Source: a bacterium
GTDB lineage: Bacteria > RBG-13-61-14 > DATKZS01
Direction: 5' to 3'
Length of the DNA stretch: 64,000 bases
Assembly (NCBI GenBank): GCA_963674965.2
Contig: CAXXFL010000001.1
Location: forward strand, 576,001 to 640,000
Notes under the pieces: model-generated
What the model was told of the DNA's origin: nothing
Databases searched by the model: none
The model's input: the letters and a program-made list of their open reading frames with translations, nothing else
In this document: positions 30,545 to 41,623 of the stretch, one piece after another
Numbering within the stretch: position 1 is the stretch's first letter
How the letters are laid out: every line of letters begins with the position of its first letter
Program-made: the position numbers and the translations under genes

Positions 30545-31264
30545 TCAGTCGCGGTTGTTGACGGTTACCGCGCCGTCCTGGGAGCGGAAGGTGGCCGACT
30601 CGGGCGACACGGTCAGGGTCCGGGGCTTGGAGAACCGGGCGTGGTTCTTGGGCTCCCGGAAGGAATCGAGCAAATCGAGGCGTCCCAGCTTCTTTAGCCT
30701 CTCGTAGATCATCACCCAGCCGCATTCCCTGTCCTTGTCCACCTCGCACATGCCCTTTTCCGCGCCGCCGCAGGGCCCGTTCAAGAGGGACTTCGAGCAA
30801 AGGGTCACGGGACAAAGGCCGCCGGTGTACTCGATGACGCACTCGCCGCAAAGCGAGCAATACTCGTTGATCTCGTTCTCGGAGACGGTCTCGCCGCCGA
30901 AGATGGTGTCGCAGCCGGGATGTACCATGCCCCCGTCGGTGGCGTCGATGACGGTGTGAATGCCCTGGCCGCAGGAGAGGACCAGGAAGGAGTCGGCCCT
31001 CGAGGTCTGCTCGGCGTATTCCTCCATCAGGACCTTCCTGGTGTTGGACAGCTTGCAAAGGGACATGCCGGGAGGACCGGGAACGCACCATCCCGCCACC
31101 TCGGCGCCCCGCTTCCTCAGCCGCTCGGCCATGGCCTCCGTCTCGGTCTCGCCGCCCGAGTGGCACTTCATGGCGCAGTTGCCGCATCCCACCACGAACA
31201 CCTTTTCGCCTTTCCTCAAGTAACCCACGATCTCGTCGATCTTTTTCTGAATGGTCGCGTGCAT
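30545..31264 (-). CDS. metV: MTHFR-associated Zn/Fe-S subunit (MetV-like)
   Basis: GCGNCAMKC, CSLCGEC, CPVTLCSKSLLNGPCGG, CEVD..RECGW; directly upstream of metF. Confidence 0.88.
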   Translation of the reverse strand: MHATIQKKIDEIVGYLRKGEKVFVVGCGNCAMKCHSGGETETEAMAERLRKRGAEVAGWCVPGPPGMSLCKLSNTRKVLMEEYAEQTSRADSFLVLSCGQGIHTVIDATDGGMVHPGCDTIFGGETVSENEINEYCSLCGECVIEYTGGLCPVTLCSKSLLNGPCGGAEKGMCEVDKDRECGWVMIYERLKKLGRLDLLDSFREPKNHARFSKPRTLTVSPESATFRSQDGAVTVNNRD

Positions 31265-31381
31265 GAAAAACCTCCTATTTGGTCCCGATTCGAAATCGGT
31301 GCATATATTTCCAGGTTAAGTCCCCGGCGGCCCACCAGGAAAGGACCGCCGGGGAGTCTCATGGAGGATGGTATATGCCAA

Positions 31382-31567
31382 TTACCTTCCGCCCATTGGA
31401 AACGCCATCTCGTCGCAGCGCCAGCACCCCTGCCCGGCCAGGTCGCCGCCGGGGTCGACGCTCTTGTCGCACAGCCAGCCGTTGCCTTCCTTGTCCTTGA
31501 AGTACTTCAAGGGTCGAGCCGGCTTGTGGGTCTCGGTGGTCGCTTCCATTCTTTTGTCCTCATTCAT
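31382..31567 (-). CDS. Small Cys/Trp-containing hypothetical protein (61 aa)
   Basis: AAAGGAGG RBS; YFKDKEGNGWLCD...GCWRCDEMAFP; follows trxA. Confidence 0.7.
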   Translation of the reverse strand: MNEDKRMEATTETHKPARPLKYFKDKEGNGWLCDKSVDPGGDLAGQGCWRCDEMAFPMGGR

Positions 31568-31629
31568 TTTACCGCCTCCTTTCGATTGAGTAACGATTAT
31601 TGAAACCGCTTGAAAAGCGGACGCGCCCG

Positions 31630-31953
31630 TCACCCTTCCAGGACCTTATCCAGGGACTCGGCGAGGCTGGACTCCCGCTGAAGTCCCACGAAACGCCGGA
31701 CCTCCTCGCCGTCCTTGAAAAGGACCATGGTGGGAATGCCCTGGATGCCCAGGTCCTCGGCCAGCGCCTGGTTGTCGTCCACGTTCAGGGCCGCGATCAG
31801 GGCCTTGCCCTCGTACAGGTCCGAAAGCCGGTCGATGATGGGCCCCTGCGCCCGGCAGGGAGCGCACCAGGGAGCGTTGAAATCGACCAGCGCGACCCCG
31901 CTCTCGATCGCCGCGTTGAATTCATCGGTCGTTTTAAGTTCTTTCGTACTCAT
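31630..31953 (-). CDS. trxA: Thioredoxin
   Basis: DFNAPWCAPC, GIPT, FKDG. Confidence 0.95.
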   Translation of the reverse strand: MSTKELKTTDEFNAAIESGVALVDFNAPWCAPCRAQGPIIDRLSDLYEGKALIAALNVDDNQALAEDLGIQGIPTMVLFKDGEEVRRFVGLQRESSLAESLDKVLEG

Positions 31954-31989
31954 GGCTCATTCCTCGTTAATGAATTTGTATTTAGACAG

Positions 31990-32006
31990 ATCAACAACCG
32001 TGCCAA
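31990..32006 (-). promoter_or_regulatory. Sigma54-type promoter for trxA
   Basis: TTGGCACGGTTGTTGAT on the minus strand: consensus -24 box, variant -12 box; adjacent to an activator gene. Confidence 0.65.
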
Positions 32007-32133
32007 ACCTGAATCCGGGTCAAGAGCAAGGCGAAAAATGTCCATTTGTCCGGAGGTACCCGATTTATTTAGGAAAAAATGACGAGAACAATTTGGCGTT
32101 GCAAGAAAGGGAAAGAAATAGTATGTTAATGGA

Positions 32134-32164
32134 TAACGTTAGAGTAACGTATAGGTAACGTTAC
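32134..32164. promoter_or_regulatory. Three phased TAACGT(TA) sites, candidate enhancer
   Basis: TAACGT at 32134, 32145 and 32156 (11-bp period), about 130-160 bp upstream of the sigma54 motif. Confidence 0.55.
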
Positions 32165-32182
32165 TTATAAACTTATATCTAG

Positions 32183-33619
<1,437 letters not shown>

Positions 33620-33717
33620 ACCGGCCGCGCCGAGGATGGGGCCTGGAGTACATCTCCGGCTTGTGAAAAAGGCCCACATCAAGGCCGCCTTTTTTTTCTA
33701 ACTTTATGGCCCTTTTA

Positions 33718-36700
33718 CTAGTCGCAATCCTCGGGACAATTCAAAACGTTTTCAAGACAGTGCTCTGAAATACTGCAATCCCCATCACCGCATACGCAAC
33801 AGTCCATGGCGCAATAGTCATAGCCGTTAAAGTAATTTTCCCCACACTGCCATCGGCAAACGCCATCGCCGCACCAGCAACAATCTATATAGCAAATATT
33901 ACCTCCCCACAATTCCGTGTCCTCATCGCAATAGCCGTCGCCGCAGGGGTCGCCTGGACAATCCGCCGGACAGGTAGACTCTTCATCGCAAAAGAAGGTA
34001 TCGCACCATCCGTCGCCACAAGTTTGATAACAACACTGTACGGGGCAAAAAATAAAATCCTCATAGTGCTGGTATGGCTCACGACAAGTATGATCGGCGC
34101 AACAGTCCTCTGGACAATTATCAATCCTTTCACATTCCCATGGGTCTTCCCCGTGACATATTCCATCCCCGCAAACGTCGTAATAACACGGGTCGCAATC
34201 CTCGGGGCAGGAGGGATACTCGCAGTCCAAATTGCACTCGCCGTCGCCGCATACGGCCCAATAACATGGATCGCAACCCTCGTCGACCTCGCCGTAACCC
34301 GCGTCTCCCGGGCACTGGTTGTCCTTGCCGTCACATGCCTCGGGGGCCCCGGCATAGACGGCGGAGTCTCCGTCATTGCAGTCGAGACTCGTGCCGCATC
34401 CGCTCTCGACGTATTGGCCGTCCGCGTCGTTATCGGTGCAGGAGCCGCAGATATCGAAATCGTCCACCAGCCCGTAACCAGCGTCTCCGGGGCACTGGTT
34501 GTCCACCCCGTCGCACAGCTCGGGAGCGCCGGGGTAAACGTCGGGGTCGGAGCCGTTACAGTCGGATGCCGTGCCGCATTCCGTGAAGACATAGAAACCG
34601 TCGCCGTCCAGGTCAGAGCAACCCGTGTAAGCGCAGCGGAAGCCGATGCCCTTGTGGCTTTGTCCCGGCGTAAATGTATGCCTGAAGGCCGCGCGCAGGT
34701 AATCGGCGTCGGAGTCCCAACTCCCGCCTCTTATGACCCGCCGAGTACCGGAGGCCGGGCCCTCGGGGTCGTCGGTGGGACTCGAGCTATAGTAGGCGTC
34801 GAGGTACCAGTCGCTAGCCCACTCCCAGACGTTGCCCGCCATGTCGGAAAGGCCAAAGCCGTTGGAAGGGTAACGACCCACCCGGTGGGTGTCGTTTATA
34901 AGCCCGCTAAAATCGTAGCAGTCAAACGCGTCGTCTCCCCTTCCATAGTTGGCGTCGGAACAGGCGATAGTATCGCCGAGAACGTACCTCGCCCCGTCCA
35001 CGCCGCCCCGGGCCGCGTACTCCCACTCCGCCTCCGTGGGAAGGCGCTTGCCCGCCCAGGCGCAGTACGCGGCCGCCTGACTCCAGTTCACGTATATGAC
35101 CGGGAACTCGTCATAGAGCGCGTTGCCGTAATATGAGCTTCTCGTATCGCTGCTCGCCTGACTCGGGGCCGTGCAGCCGCCGCCGTCCACGCAGGCCATA
35201 TACTCCGCGTTGGTCACCTCGTTAATATCCATGAGCAGGCCCGAGGTTATGCAAACTTCATGGACCGGGAGCTCACGCGCCAGCCCCTCGTCAAAAGAGT
35301 CGCCCATGTAAAAGCACCCGGCGGGGATAATGGCCATGCCCTCCGCGGTCCCGCCTCCGCAAACTCCGCCCTCGTGGATCAGACCGTAGCCGGCGTCGCC
35401 CGGGCACTGGTTGTCCTGGCCGTCGCATAGCTCGGGGGCCGCCGGGTATACGTCCGGGTCCGAGTCGTCGCAGTCGATACCGTCCGTGAAGCCGTCGCCG
35501 TCCAAGTCGGGACACGACTCGTCCACCGTCCCGTATCCCGCGTCACCGGGGCACTGGTTGTCCTGGCCGTCGCATAGCTCGGGGGCCGCCGGGTATACGT
35601 TCGGGTCCGAGTCGTCGCAATCAACGGTCGAGCCGCAACCCGCCAAGTCGTAGTACCCGTCGCCGTCACCGTCGCTCCAGCCCTCGTCCACCGTCCCGTA
35701 CCCGTCGTCTCCCGGGCACTGGTTGTCCTGGCCATCGCATATCTCGGGGGCCGCCGGATACACGTCCGGGTCGGAGTCGTCGCAGTCTACGCCGTTCGTG
35801 AAGCCGTCGCCGTCCGAGTCGGGACAGCCTTCGTCCACCGTCCCGTATCCGATATCTCCCGGGCACTGGTTGTCCTGGCCGTCGCATAGCTCGGGAGCCA
35901 CGGGATACACGTCCGGGTCCGAGTCGTAACAGTCTACGGTCGAGCCGCAACCAGCCAAGTCGTAGTACCCGTCGCCGTCACCGTCGCTCCAGCCCTCGTC
36001 CACGGTCCCATAGCCCGCGTCGCCGGGGCACTGGTTGTCCTGGCCGTCGCATATCTCGATAGCGCCCGGATACACGTCGGGGTCGGAGTCCTCGCAGTCG
36101 ATCCAGTCCAAAGACCCGTCGCCGTCGGAGTCGGGGCAGCCTTCGTCCACCGTCCCGTATCCCGCGTCTCCCGGGCACTGGTTGTCCTTGCCGTCGCATA
36201 GCTCGGGGGACGTGGGGTAGACGGCGCCGTCGTTGTTGTCGCAATCGACGGTCCCGCCACAGATGGTATCGAGATAATACCCGTCTTCATCCACGTCCAC
36301 GCAGGCCTCCTGGAGGCAGCGGAAGCCGATGCCCATGTGGGAACCGGTCGGACCATATTTATGCCTGTAGGCCACGCGGAGGTATCCCGTATCCGAGTCC
36401 CAACTGCCGCCGCGAATGACGCGTTCGGACCCCAGGGCCGGGCCCTCGGGGTCGTTAGTGGGACTCGAGCTATAGTAGGACTCGAGGTACCAGTCGCTCA
36501 CCCACTCCCATACGTTGCCCGTCATGTCGAAAAGGCCATGGCCGTTGGCGGCGTAGCTCCCAACCTGGTGGGTGTCGTTGTCAAGACCATCGAAATCGTA
36601 ACAGTCGAACGCGTCATCCACCCTGCCATAGTCGGCGTCGGAACAGGAAAGGGCGTCGCCTTTGTCGTATCTGGCCCCCGCCAGGCCTCCCCGCGCCGCG

Positions 36701-39700
36701 TACTCCCACTCCGCCTCGGTGGGAAGGCGCTTGCCCGCCCAGGCGCAATAATCGTTCGCTTTAGACCAGGTCACGTAGATGACCGGGTAGGCATCATAGA
36801 GCGAGTTTCCATAATAGGAGCCTCGCGTCAAACTTGTAGTCTTACTCGGGGCCGCGCAACCGCCGTCGTCCACGCAGGCCGCGTACTCAGAGTTGGTCAC
36901 CTCGTGCTCGTCGATATAGAAGCCCGAGGTTATACAGACCTCGTGGACCGGCAACTCCCTGTCGAGTCCCTCGTCAAAGGCGTCCCCCATGTCGAAGCAC
37001 CCCGACGGGATGTATATCATTTCATCGGGATAGAACTCATCGACAAAACCGTATCCCGCGTCGCCGGGACACTGGTTGTCCTTGCCGTCCATTAGCTCGG
37101 GCGCCCCCGGATATACGTCGGGGTCGGAGTCTTCGCAGTCGATCCAGTCCAGCGACCCGTCGCCGTCCGAGTCCGGGCAGCCCTCGTCCACCGTCCCGTA
37201 ACCCGCGTCGCCCGGGCATTGGTTGTCCTGGCCGTCGCATAGCTCGGGCGCCGCCGGATACACGTCGGGGTCGGAGTCCTCACAGTCGATCCAGTCCAGC
37301 GACCCGTCGCCGTCCGAGTCCAGGCAACCTTCGTCAACGGCGCCGTATCCCGCGTCCCCCGAGCATTGGTTGTCCTTGCCGTCGCATAGCTCGGGCGCAG
37401 CCGGATACACGTCGGGGTCGGAGTCCTCGCAGTCGATCCAGTCAAGCGACCCGTCGCCGTCCGAGTCCGGGCAGCCCTCGTCCACGGTCCCGTACCCGGC
37501 GTCTCCGGAGCATTGGTTGTCCTTGCCGTCGCATAGCTCGGGCGCAGCCGGATACACGTCGGGGTCCGAGTCCTCGCAGTCGATCCAGTCAAGCGACCCG
37601 TCGCCGTCCGAGTCCGGGCAACCTTCGTCAACGGCGCCGTATCCCGCGTCCCCCGAGCATTGGTTGTCCTTGCCGTCGCAAATCTCGGGCGCAGCCGGAT
37701 ACACGTCGGGGTCGGAGTCCTCGCAGTCGATCCAGTCAAGCGACCCGTCGCCGTCCGAGTCCGGGCAGCCCTCGTCCACGGTCCCGTACCCGGCGTCTCC
37801 GGAGCATTGGTTGTCCTTGCCGTCGCATAGCTCGGGCGCAGCCGGATACACGTCGGGGTCCGAGTCCTCGCAGTCGATCCAGTCAAGCGACCCGTCGCCG
37901 TCCGAGTCCGGGCAACCTTCGTCAACGGCGCCGTATCCCGCGTCCCCCGAGCATTGGTTGTCCTTGCCGTCGCAAATCTCGGGCGCAGCCGGATACACGT
38001 CGGGGTCGGAGTCCTCGCAGTCGATCCAGTCAAGCGACCCGTCGCCGTCCGAGTCCGGGCAACCCTCGTCCACCGTCCCGTACCCGGCGTCTCCGGGGCA
38101 CTGGTTGTCCTTGCCGTCGCACAGCTCGGGCGCCGCCGGATACACGTCGGGGTCGGAGTCCTCGCAGTCGATCCAGTCGAGCGACCCATCACCGTCCGAG
38201 TCCGGGCACCCCTCGTCCACGGTCCCGTACCCGGCGTCTCCGGAGCATTGGTTGTCCTTGCCGTCGCATAGCTCGGCCGCCGCCGGATACACGTCGGGGT
38301 CGGAGTCCTCGCAGTCGATCCAGTCCAGCGACCCATCACCGTCCGAGTCGGGGCAACCCTCGTCCACCGTCCCGTACCCGGCGTCTCCGGAGCATTGGTT
38401 GTCCTTGCCGTCGCATAGCTCGGGCGCCGCCGGATACACGTCGGGGTCGGAGTCCTCACAGTCGATCCAGTCAAGCGACCCATCACCGTCCGAGTCCGGG
38501 CAGCCCTCGTCCACGGTCCCGTACCCGGCGTCTCCGGAGCATTGGTTGTCCTTGCCGTCGCATAGCTCGGGCGCAGTTGGATACACGTCGGGGTCGGAGT
38601 CCTCACAGTCGATCCAGTCGAGCGACCCATCACCGTCCGAGTCCGGGCACCCCTCGTCCACGGTCCCGTACCCGGCGTCTCCGGAGCATTGGTTGTCCTT
38701 GCCGTCGCATAGCTCGGGCGCCGACGGATAAACGTCGGGGTCAGAGTCCTCGCAGTCGATCCAGTCCAAGGACCCGTCGCCGTCCGAGTCCGGGCAGCCC
38801 TCGTCAACCGTCCCGTACCCGGCGTCCCCCGAGCATTGGTTGTCCTTGCCGTCGCATAGCTCGGGCGCCGACGGATAAACGTCGGGGTCGGAGTCCTCAC
38901 AGTCGATCCAGTCAAGCGACCCGTCGCCGTCCGAGTCCGGGCAGCCCTCGTCCACGGTCCCGTACCCGGCGTCTCCGGAGCATTGGTTGTCCTTGCCGTC
39001 GCATAGCTCGGGCGCAGCCGGATACACGTCGGGGTCCGAGTCCTCGCAGTCGATCCAGTCCAGCGACCCGTCGCCGTCCGAGTCGGGGCAGCCTTCGTCC
39101 ACGGTCCCGTACCCCGCGTCTCCGGAGCACTGGTTGTCCTTGCCGTCGCATAGCTCGGGCGCCGCCGGATATACGTCGGGGTCGGAGTCCTCACAGTCGA
39201 TCCAGTCAAGCGACCCATCACCGTCCGAGTCCGGGCACCCCTCGTCGACCGTCCCGTACCCGGCGTCTCCGGAGCACTGGTTGTCCTTGCCGTCGCATAG
39301 CTCGGGGGCGCCGGGATAGATTGCCGAGTCGCCGTCGTTACAGTCAACGTCGCCCTGGTAGCCGTCCCCGTCATTATCTACCGAGCAGCCCTCGTCGACC
39401 GTCCCGTAACCGTCATCCCCCGGGCACTGGTTGTCCTTGCCGTCGCACAGCTCGGGGGCGTCGGGATAGATTGCCGAGTCGCCGTCGTTACAGTCAACGT
39501 CGTCGAGATGGCCGTCGCCGTCATTATCGACGGGGCAGCCCTCGTCCACGGTCCCGTATCCGGCGTCGCCGGGGCACTGGTTGTCCTTGCCGTCGCAGGC
39601 TTCGGGCGCGGCGGGGTAGATGGAGGGGTCGTTATCGTTGCAGTCGTTTTGTTCCTTGACGCCGTCGTCGTCGTTGTCGATCAGCGTCCCGCCGCCGTCA

Positions 39701-39804
39701 CCGGGGTCGGAGTCTCCTCCACCGCCGGGGCAGCCGCAGGAAAGGATGATGACAAGACAAAGTAGAAGTGCCACTAAGATTGATTTTCCGGCTTCTGGTC
39801 TCAT
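33718..39804 (-). CDS. Giant lipoprotein with MopE-type metal-binding repeats, two FGE-sulfatase (CLec-fold) domains and a Cys-rich tail
   Basis: Lipobox-like ILSCGC; about 26 D.DGDG..DC.D....YP.APE.CDG.DNQC repeats; two KRLPTEAEWEYAARGG/GNVWEW/RGGSW/GFRC domains. Confidence 0.9.
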   Translation of the reverse strand: MRPEAGKSILVALLLCLVIILSCGCPGGGGDSDPGDGGGTLIDNDDDGVKEQNDCNDNDPSIYPAAPEACDGKDNQCPGDAGYGTVDEGCPVDNDGDGHLDDVDCNDGDSAIYPDAPELCDGKDNQCPGDDGYGTVDEGCSVDNDGDGYQGDVDCNDGDSAIYPGAPELCDGKDNQCSGDAGYGTVDEGCPDSDGDGSLDWIDCEDSDPDVYPAAPELCDGKDNQCSGDAGYGTVDEGCPDSDGDGSLDWIDCEDSDPDVYPAAPELCDGKDNQCSGDAGYGTVDEGCPDSDGDGSLDWIDCEDSDPDVYPSAPELCDGKDNQCSGDAGYGTVDEGCPDSDGDGSLDWIDCEDSDPDVYPSAPELCDGKDNQCSGDAGYGTVDEGCPDSDGDGSLDWIDCEDSDPDVYPTAPELCDGKDNQCSGDAGYGTVDEGCPDSDGDGSLDWIDCEDSDPDVYPAAPELCDGKDNQCSGDAGYGTVDEGCPDSDGDGSLDWIDCEDSDPDVYPAAAELCDGKDNQCSGDAGYGTVDEGCPDSDGDGSLDWIDCEDSDPDVYPAAPELCDGKDNQCPGDAGYGTVDEGCPDSDGDGSLDWIDCEDSDPDVYPAAPEICDGKDNQCSGDAGYGAVDEGCPDSDGDGSLDWIDCEDSDPDVYPAAPELCDGKDNQCSGDAGYGTVDEGCPDSDGDGSLDWIDCEDSDPDVYPAAPEICDGKDNQCSGDAGYGAVDEGCPDSDGDGSLDWIDCEDSDPDVYPAAPELCDGKDNQCSGDAGYGTVDEGCPDSDGDGSLDWIDCEDSDPDVYPAAPELCDGKDNQCSGDAGYGAVDEGCLDSDGDGSLDWIDCEDSDPDVYPAAPELCDGQDNQCPGDAGYGTVDEGCPDSDGDGSLDWIDCEDSDPDVYPGAPELMDGKDNQCPGDAGYGFVDEFYPDEMIYIPSGCFDMGDAFDEGLDRELPVHEVCITSGFYIDEHEVTNSEYAACVDDGGCAAPSKTTSLTRGSYYGNSLYDAYPVIYVTWSKANDYCAWAGKRLPTEAEWEYAARGGLAGARYDKGDALSCSDADYGRVDDAFDCYDFDGLDNDTHQVGSYAANGHGLFDMTGNVWEWVSDWYLESYYSSSPTNDPEGPALGSERVIRGGSWDSDTGYLRVAYRHKYGPTGSHMGIGFRCLQEACVDVDEDGYYLDTICGGTVDCDNNDGAVYPTSPELCDGKDNQCPGDAGYGTVDEGCPDSDGDGSLDWIDCEDSDPDVYPGAIEICDGQDNQCPGDAGYGTVDEGWSDGDGDGYYDLAGCGSTVDCYDSDPDVYPVAPELCDGQDNQCPGDIGYGTVDEGCPDSDGDGFTNGVDCDDSDPDVYPAAPEICDGQDNQCPGDDGYGTVDEGWSDGDGDGYYDLAGCGSTVDCDDSDPNVYPAAPELCDGQDNQCPGDAGYGTVDESCPDLDGDGFTDGIDCDDSDPDVYPAAPELCDGQDNQCPGDAGYGLIHEGGVCGGGTAEGMAIIPAGCFYMGDSFDEGLARELPVHEVCITSGLLMDINEVTNAEYMACVDGGGCTAPSQASSDTRSSYYGNALYDEFPVIYVNWSQAAAYCAWAGKRLPTEAEWEYAARGGVDGARYVLGDTIACSDANYGRGDDAFDCYDFSGLINDTHRVGRYPSNGFGLSDMAGNVWEWASDWYLDAYYSSSPTDDPEGPASGTRRVIRGGSWDSDADYLRAAFRHTFTPGQSHKGIGFRCAYTGCSDLDGDGFYVFTECGTASDCNGSDPDVYPGAPELCDGVDNQCPGDAGYGLVDDFDICGSCTDNDADGQYVESGCGTSLDCNDGDSAVYAGAPEACDGKDNQCPGDAGYGEVDEGCDPCYWAVCGDGECNLDCEYPSCPEDCDPCYYDVCGDGICHGEDPWECERIDNCPEDCCADHTCREPYQHYEDFIFCPVQCCYQTCGDGWCDTFFCDEESTCPADCPGDPCGDGYCDEDTELWGGNICYIDCCWCGDGVCRWQCGENYFNGYDYCAMDCCVCGDGDCSISEHCLENVLNCPEDCD
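37030..39232 (-). repeat. 15 near-identical 147-bp (49-aa) intragenic tandem repeats
   Basis: DSDGDGSLDWIDCEDSDPDVYPAAPELCDGKDNQCSGDAGYGTVDEGCP counted 15 times. Confidence 0.95.
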
Positions 39805-39903
39805 ATCGCGTCCTCCTTAGCCAGGACTTTACTTTTGCTTTGTACTTACCCTCCAGCCTAGCATTTTTGAATTAACGCCGCAAGAAAAAAGAGATTTTTT
39901 TTG

Positions 39904-40017
39904 TAAATCTGGGGACATAAATCTGGAAATAAATCTGGGGGACAGAGATATAAATCTGGGGACATCCATGATAAGTATCTGTAAATCTGGGTAAATCTGG
40001 GGACAGCATATTTAATT
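39904..40017 (+). repeat. Six stuttered copies of TAAATCTGG(GGACA) ending in one full TIR-like end
   Basis: Starts at 39904, 39918, 39930, 39951, 39982, 39992; the last reads ATCTGGGGACAGCATATTTAATT. Confidence 0.9.
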
Positions 40018-40060
40018 GTTGACATACATCTTCCTCTGTGGCAAAATTTTGCCATGGCTA

Positions 40061-40401
40061 GGACGCCCTTCATCATGCATGGGCGGCGTAAGCTGCAGGC
40101 TGATTTTCTTTCGCTATCGGGTCCCTCCAATCGCCGGCCGGAAAACGCCTCCAAGCGCCCTCGGCCCCGAAGACTGTAGCCAGTTCGCTTCGCTCGCCCA
40201 CGCAATATGCGTGGGCGACCCCGGTACTCCGGCCACTTCAAAATGTCGGAACGGGTAACCAATAGCTCCGCTATGTGGGCGAGCATCGCGAGCAGGTCAT
40301 ATGATTTACTTTTGGTGGTGGCGACAAACTGGGTCGCCCATGCATCATGCATGGGCGGCGTAAGCCGCAGGCTGATTTTCTCTTGCTATCGGGCCCCTAC
40401 C
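40061..40401. repeat. Cluster of four related REP-like hairpins, including a ~60-bp direct repeat
   Basis: TCGCCCACGCA-ATA-TGCGTGGGCGA (40194), GTAACCAATAGCTCCGCTATGTGGGCGA (40255), CGCCCATGCA-TCA-TGCATGGGCG (40335); 40071..40129 matches 40343..40401. Confidence 0.82.
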
Positions 40402-40935
40402 ATTTTCCTTTTCCAGGCGCTCGGCGGCTTTGAGCGCGTAGACGGTGAAGACGAGGGCGATGACGCCGAAGGACGCGTCGCCAAACCTGTGCAAGATGGG
40501 CGCTCCTCGAAGTTGTCCGAAGAAGAAGGCCGCGGGAATGACTAGCAGGCAGCAAAGGACGCCGAACCTCAACACGTATACGTTCCTGGCGGGATCGGCC
40601 ATGGCGCCGAGGAAGAGCAGGCCCAAGAGGACGTGGGCAAAGCCCAGGTAGTCGGTACCGAGGAGCATCTGAGGATAGCCCTCGACGACGAACCCGAGAC
40701 CCTCTCGCGTGTGAGCCACGAAAAGGTACATGTCGCGGAAAAGGGGAATCTCGGGAAAGGACAAGGCCTCCATGGTCCGGACGATGAAGTCGAGCTCCCA
40801 GGGAAGGAAGTAACAGGTAAGGCCGGACAGGATCAGGCCCACCGCCAGTATGGCGGTCCCCGCCCGGGCCCTGGCCAGGTCGTTGGGTAAGGCGTTGGAT
40901 TTGGTGATTACGTTGTTTTTGGCGGCGATTTCCAT
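40345..40935 (-). CDS. Hypothetical membrane protein
   Basis: GGAGGA RBS; four hydrophobic segments; GTDYLGFAH, DPARN. Confidence 0.8.
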   Translation of the reverse strand: MEIAAKNNVITKSNALPNDLARARAGTAILAVGLILSGLTCYFLPWELDFIVRTMEALSFPEIPLFRDMYLFVAHTREGLGFVVEGYPQMLLGTDYLGFAHVLLGLLFLGAMADPARNVYVLRFGVLCCLLVIPAAFFFGQLRGAPILHRFGDASFGVIALVFTVYALKAAERLEKENGRGPIARENQPAAYAAHA

Positions 40936-41096
40936 TTTGTCCTCCTTTTTTGGTGGCGGTCGAGGCCCTGTCGTTAAGTATATATTTAACACACTAAACT
41001 TAAAATGTCAAGTTAAATCCGTTAAAAATTTACTTATTGACAAGCCGCCCAATAAAAGATAAAATAATATCATCACTCCATCACCGAGGGATATGT

Positions 41097-41615
41097 ATGG
41101 AAAAACAAGATAATTCAATTACTAAAAACAAAAATCAAACCGAAAAAATTATTACGCAAGCCGGCTTTCTAGCCGAAAAATACGGACTCACCAGGATATC
41201 GGGAGAACTGGCCGCGCTACTTTTCCTCGAGCCCGAGCCATTGCCCATTGGAGAGATGAGCCAAATCCTCCAAGTCAGCAAGCCCAGCGTGAGCACCAAC
41301 ATCCGCTTCCTCGAGAGATGGCGGGTGGTGAAGAAGGTACCGGTAAGGAACGACCGCCGCGATTTTTACGAGTTCAGCGACGACTTGTGGGAAGCGGCGG
41401 CCGAGGCTTTCAAGTCCGTTTTCCAGACCGACGCCCGGGCCATGCTCGAGACGCTCGAGTCGGGCGCCGAGGAAAGTGGCCTCGAAAACCAGCGCGTGTC
41501 CGCGAGGCTGACCGAGGCCGTCGAGATTTTCCGGGCCATCGACCAACTGGCCTCGGCCTTGTTCGCGAGGCGCGAATCCAAGCAAATTCCCATCCGGGAA
41601 ATTCCCATCGAGTAG
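41097..41615 (+). CDS. GbsR/MarR family transcriptional regulator
   Basis: YGLTRISGEL.ALL, VSKPSVSTNIRFL, DRRDFY. Confidence 0.9.
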   Translation: MEKQDNSITKNKNQTEKIITQAGFLAEKYGLTRISGELAALLFLEPEPLPIGEMSQILQVSKPSVSTNIRFLERWRVVKKVPVRNDRRDFYEFSDDLWEAAAEAFKSVFQTDARAMLETLESGAEESGLENQRVSARLTEAVEIFRAIDQLASALFARRESKQIPIREIPIE

Positions 41616-41623
41616 AGCGGGCC

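Noticed and set aside
34630-36430. Diversity-generating retroelement TR/VR pair in the two FGE domain ends
   Set aside because: Both copies are in-frame coding, differences are not confined to adenines, and there is no reverse transcriptase or Avd gene in the window.
37030-39232. CRISPR array
   Set aside because: The units are contiguous 147-bp coding repeats with no unique spacers and no cas genes.
39904-40017. Mini-CRISPR or iteron array
   Set aside because: Spacing is irregular (10-31 bp) and the units are partial copies of the TIR.
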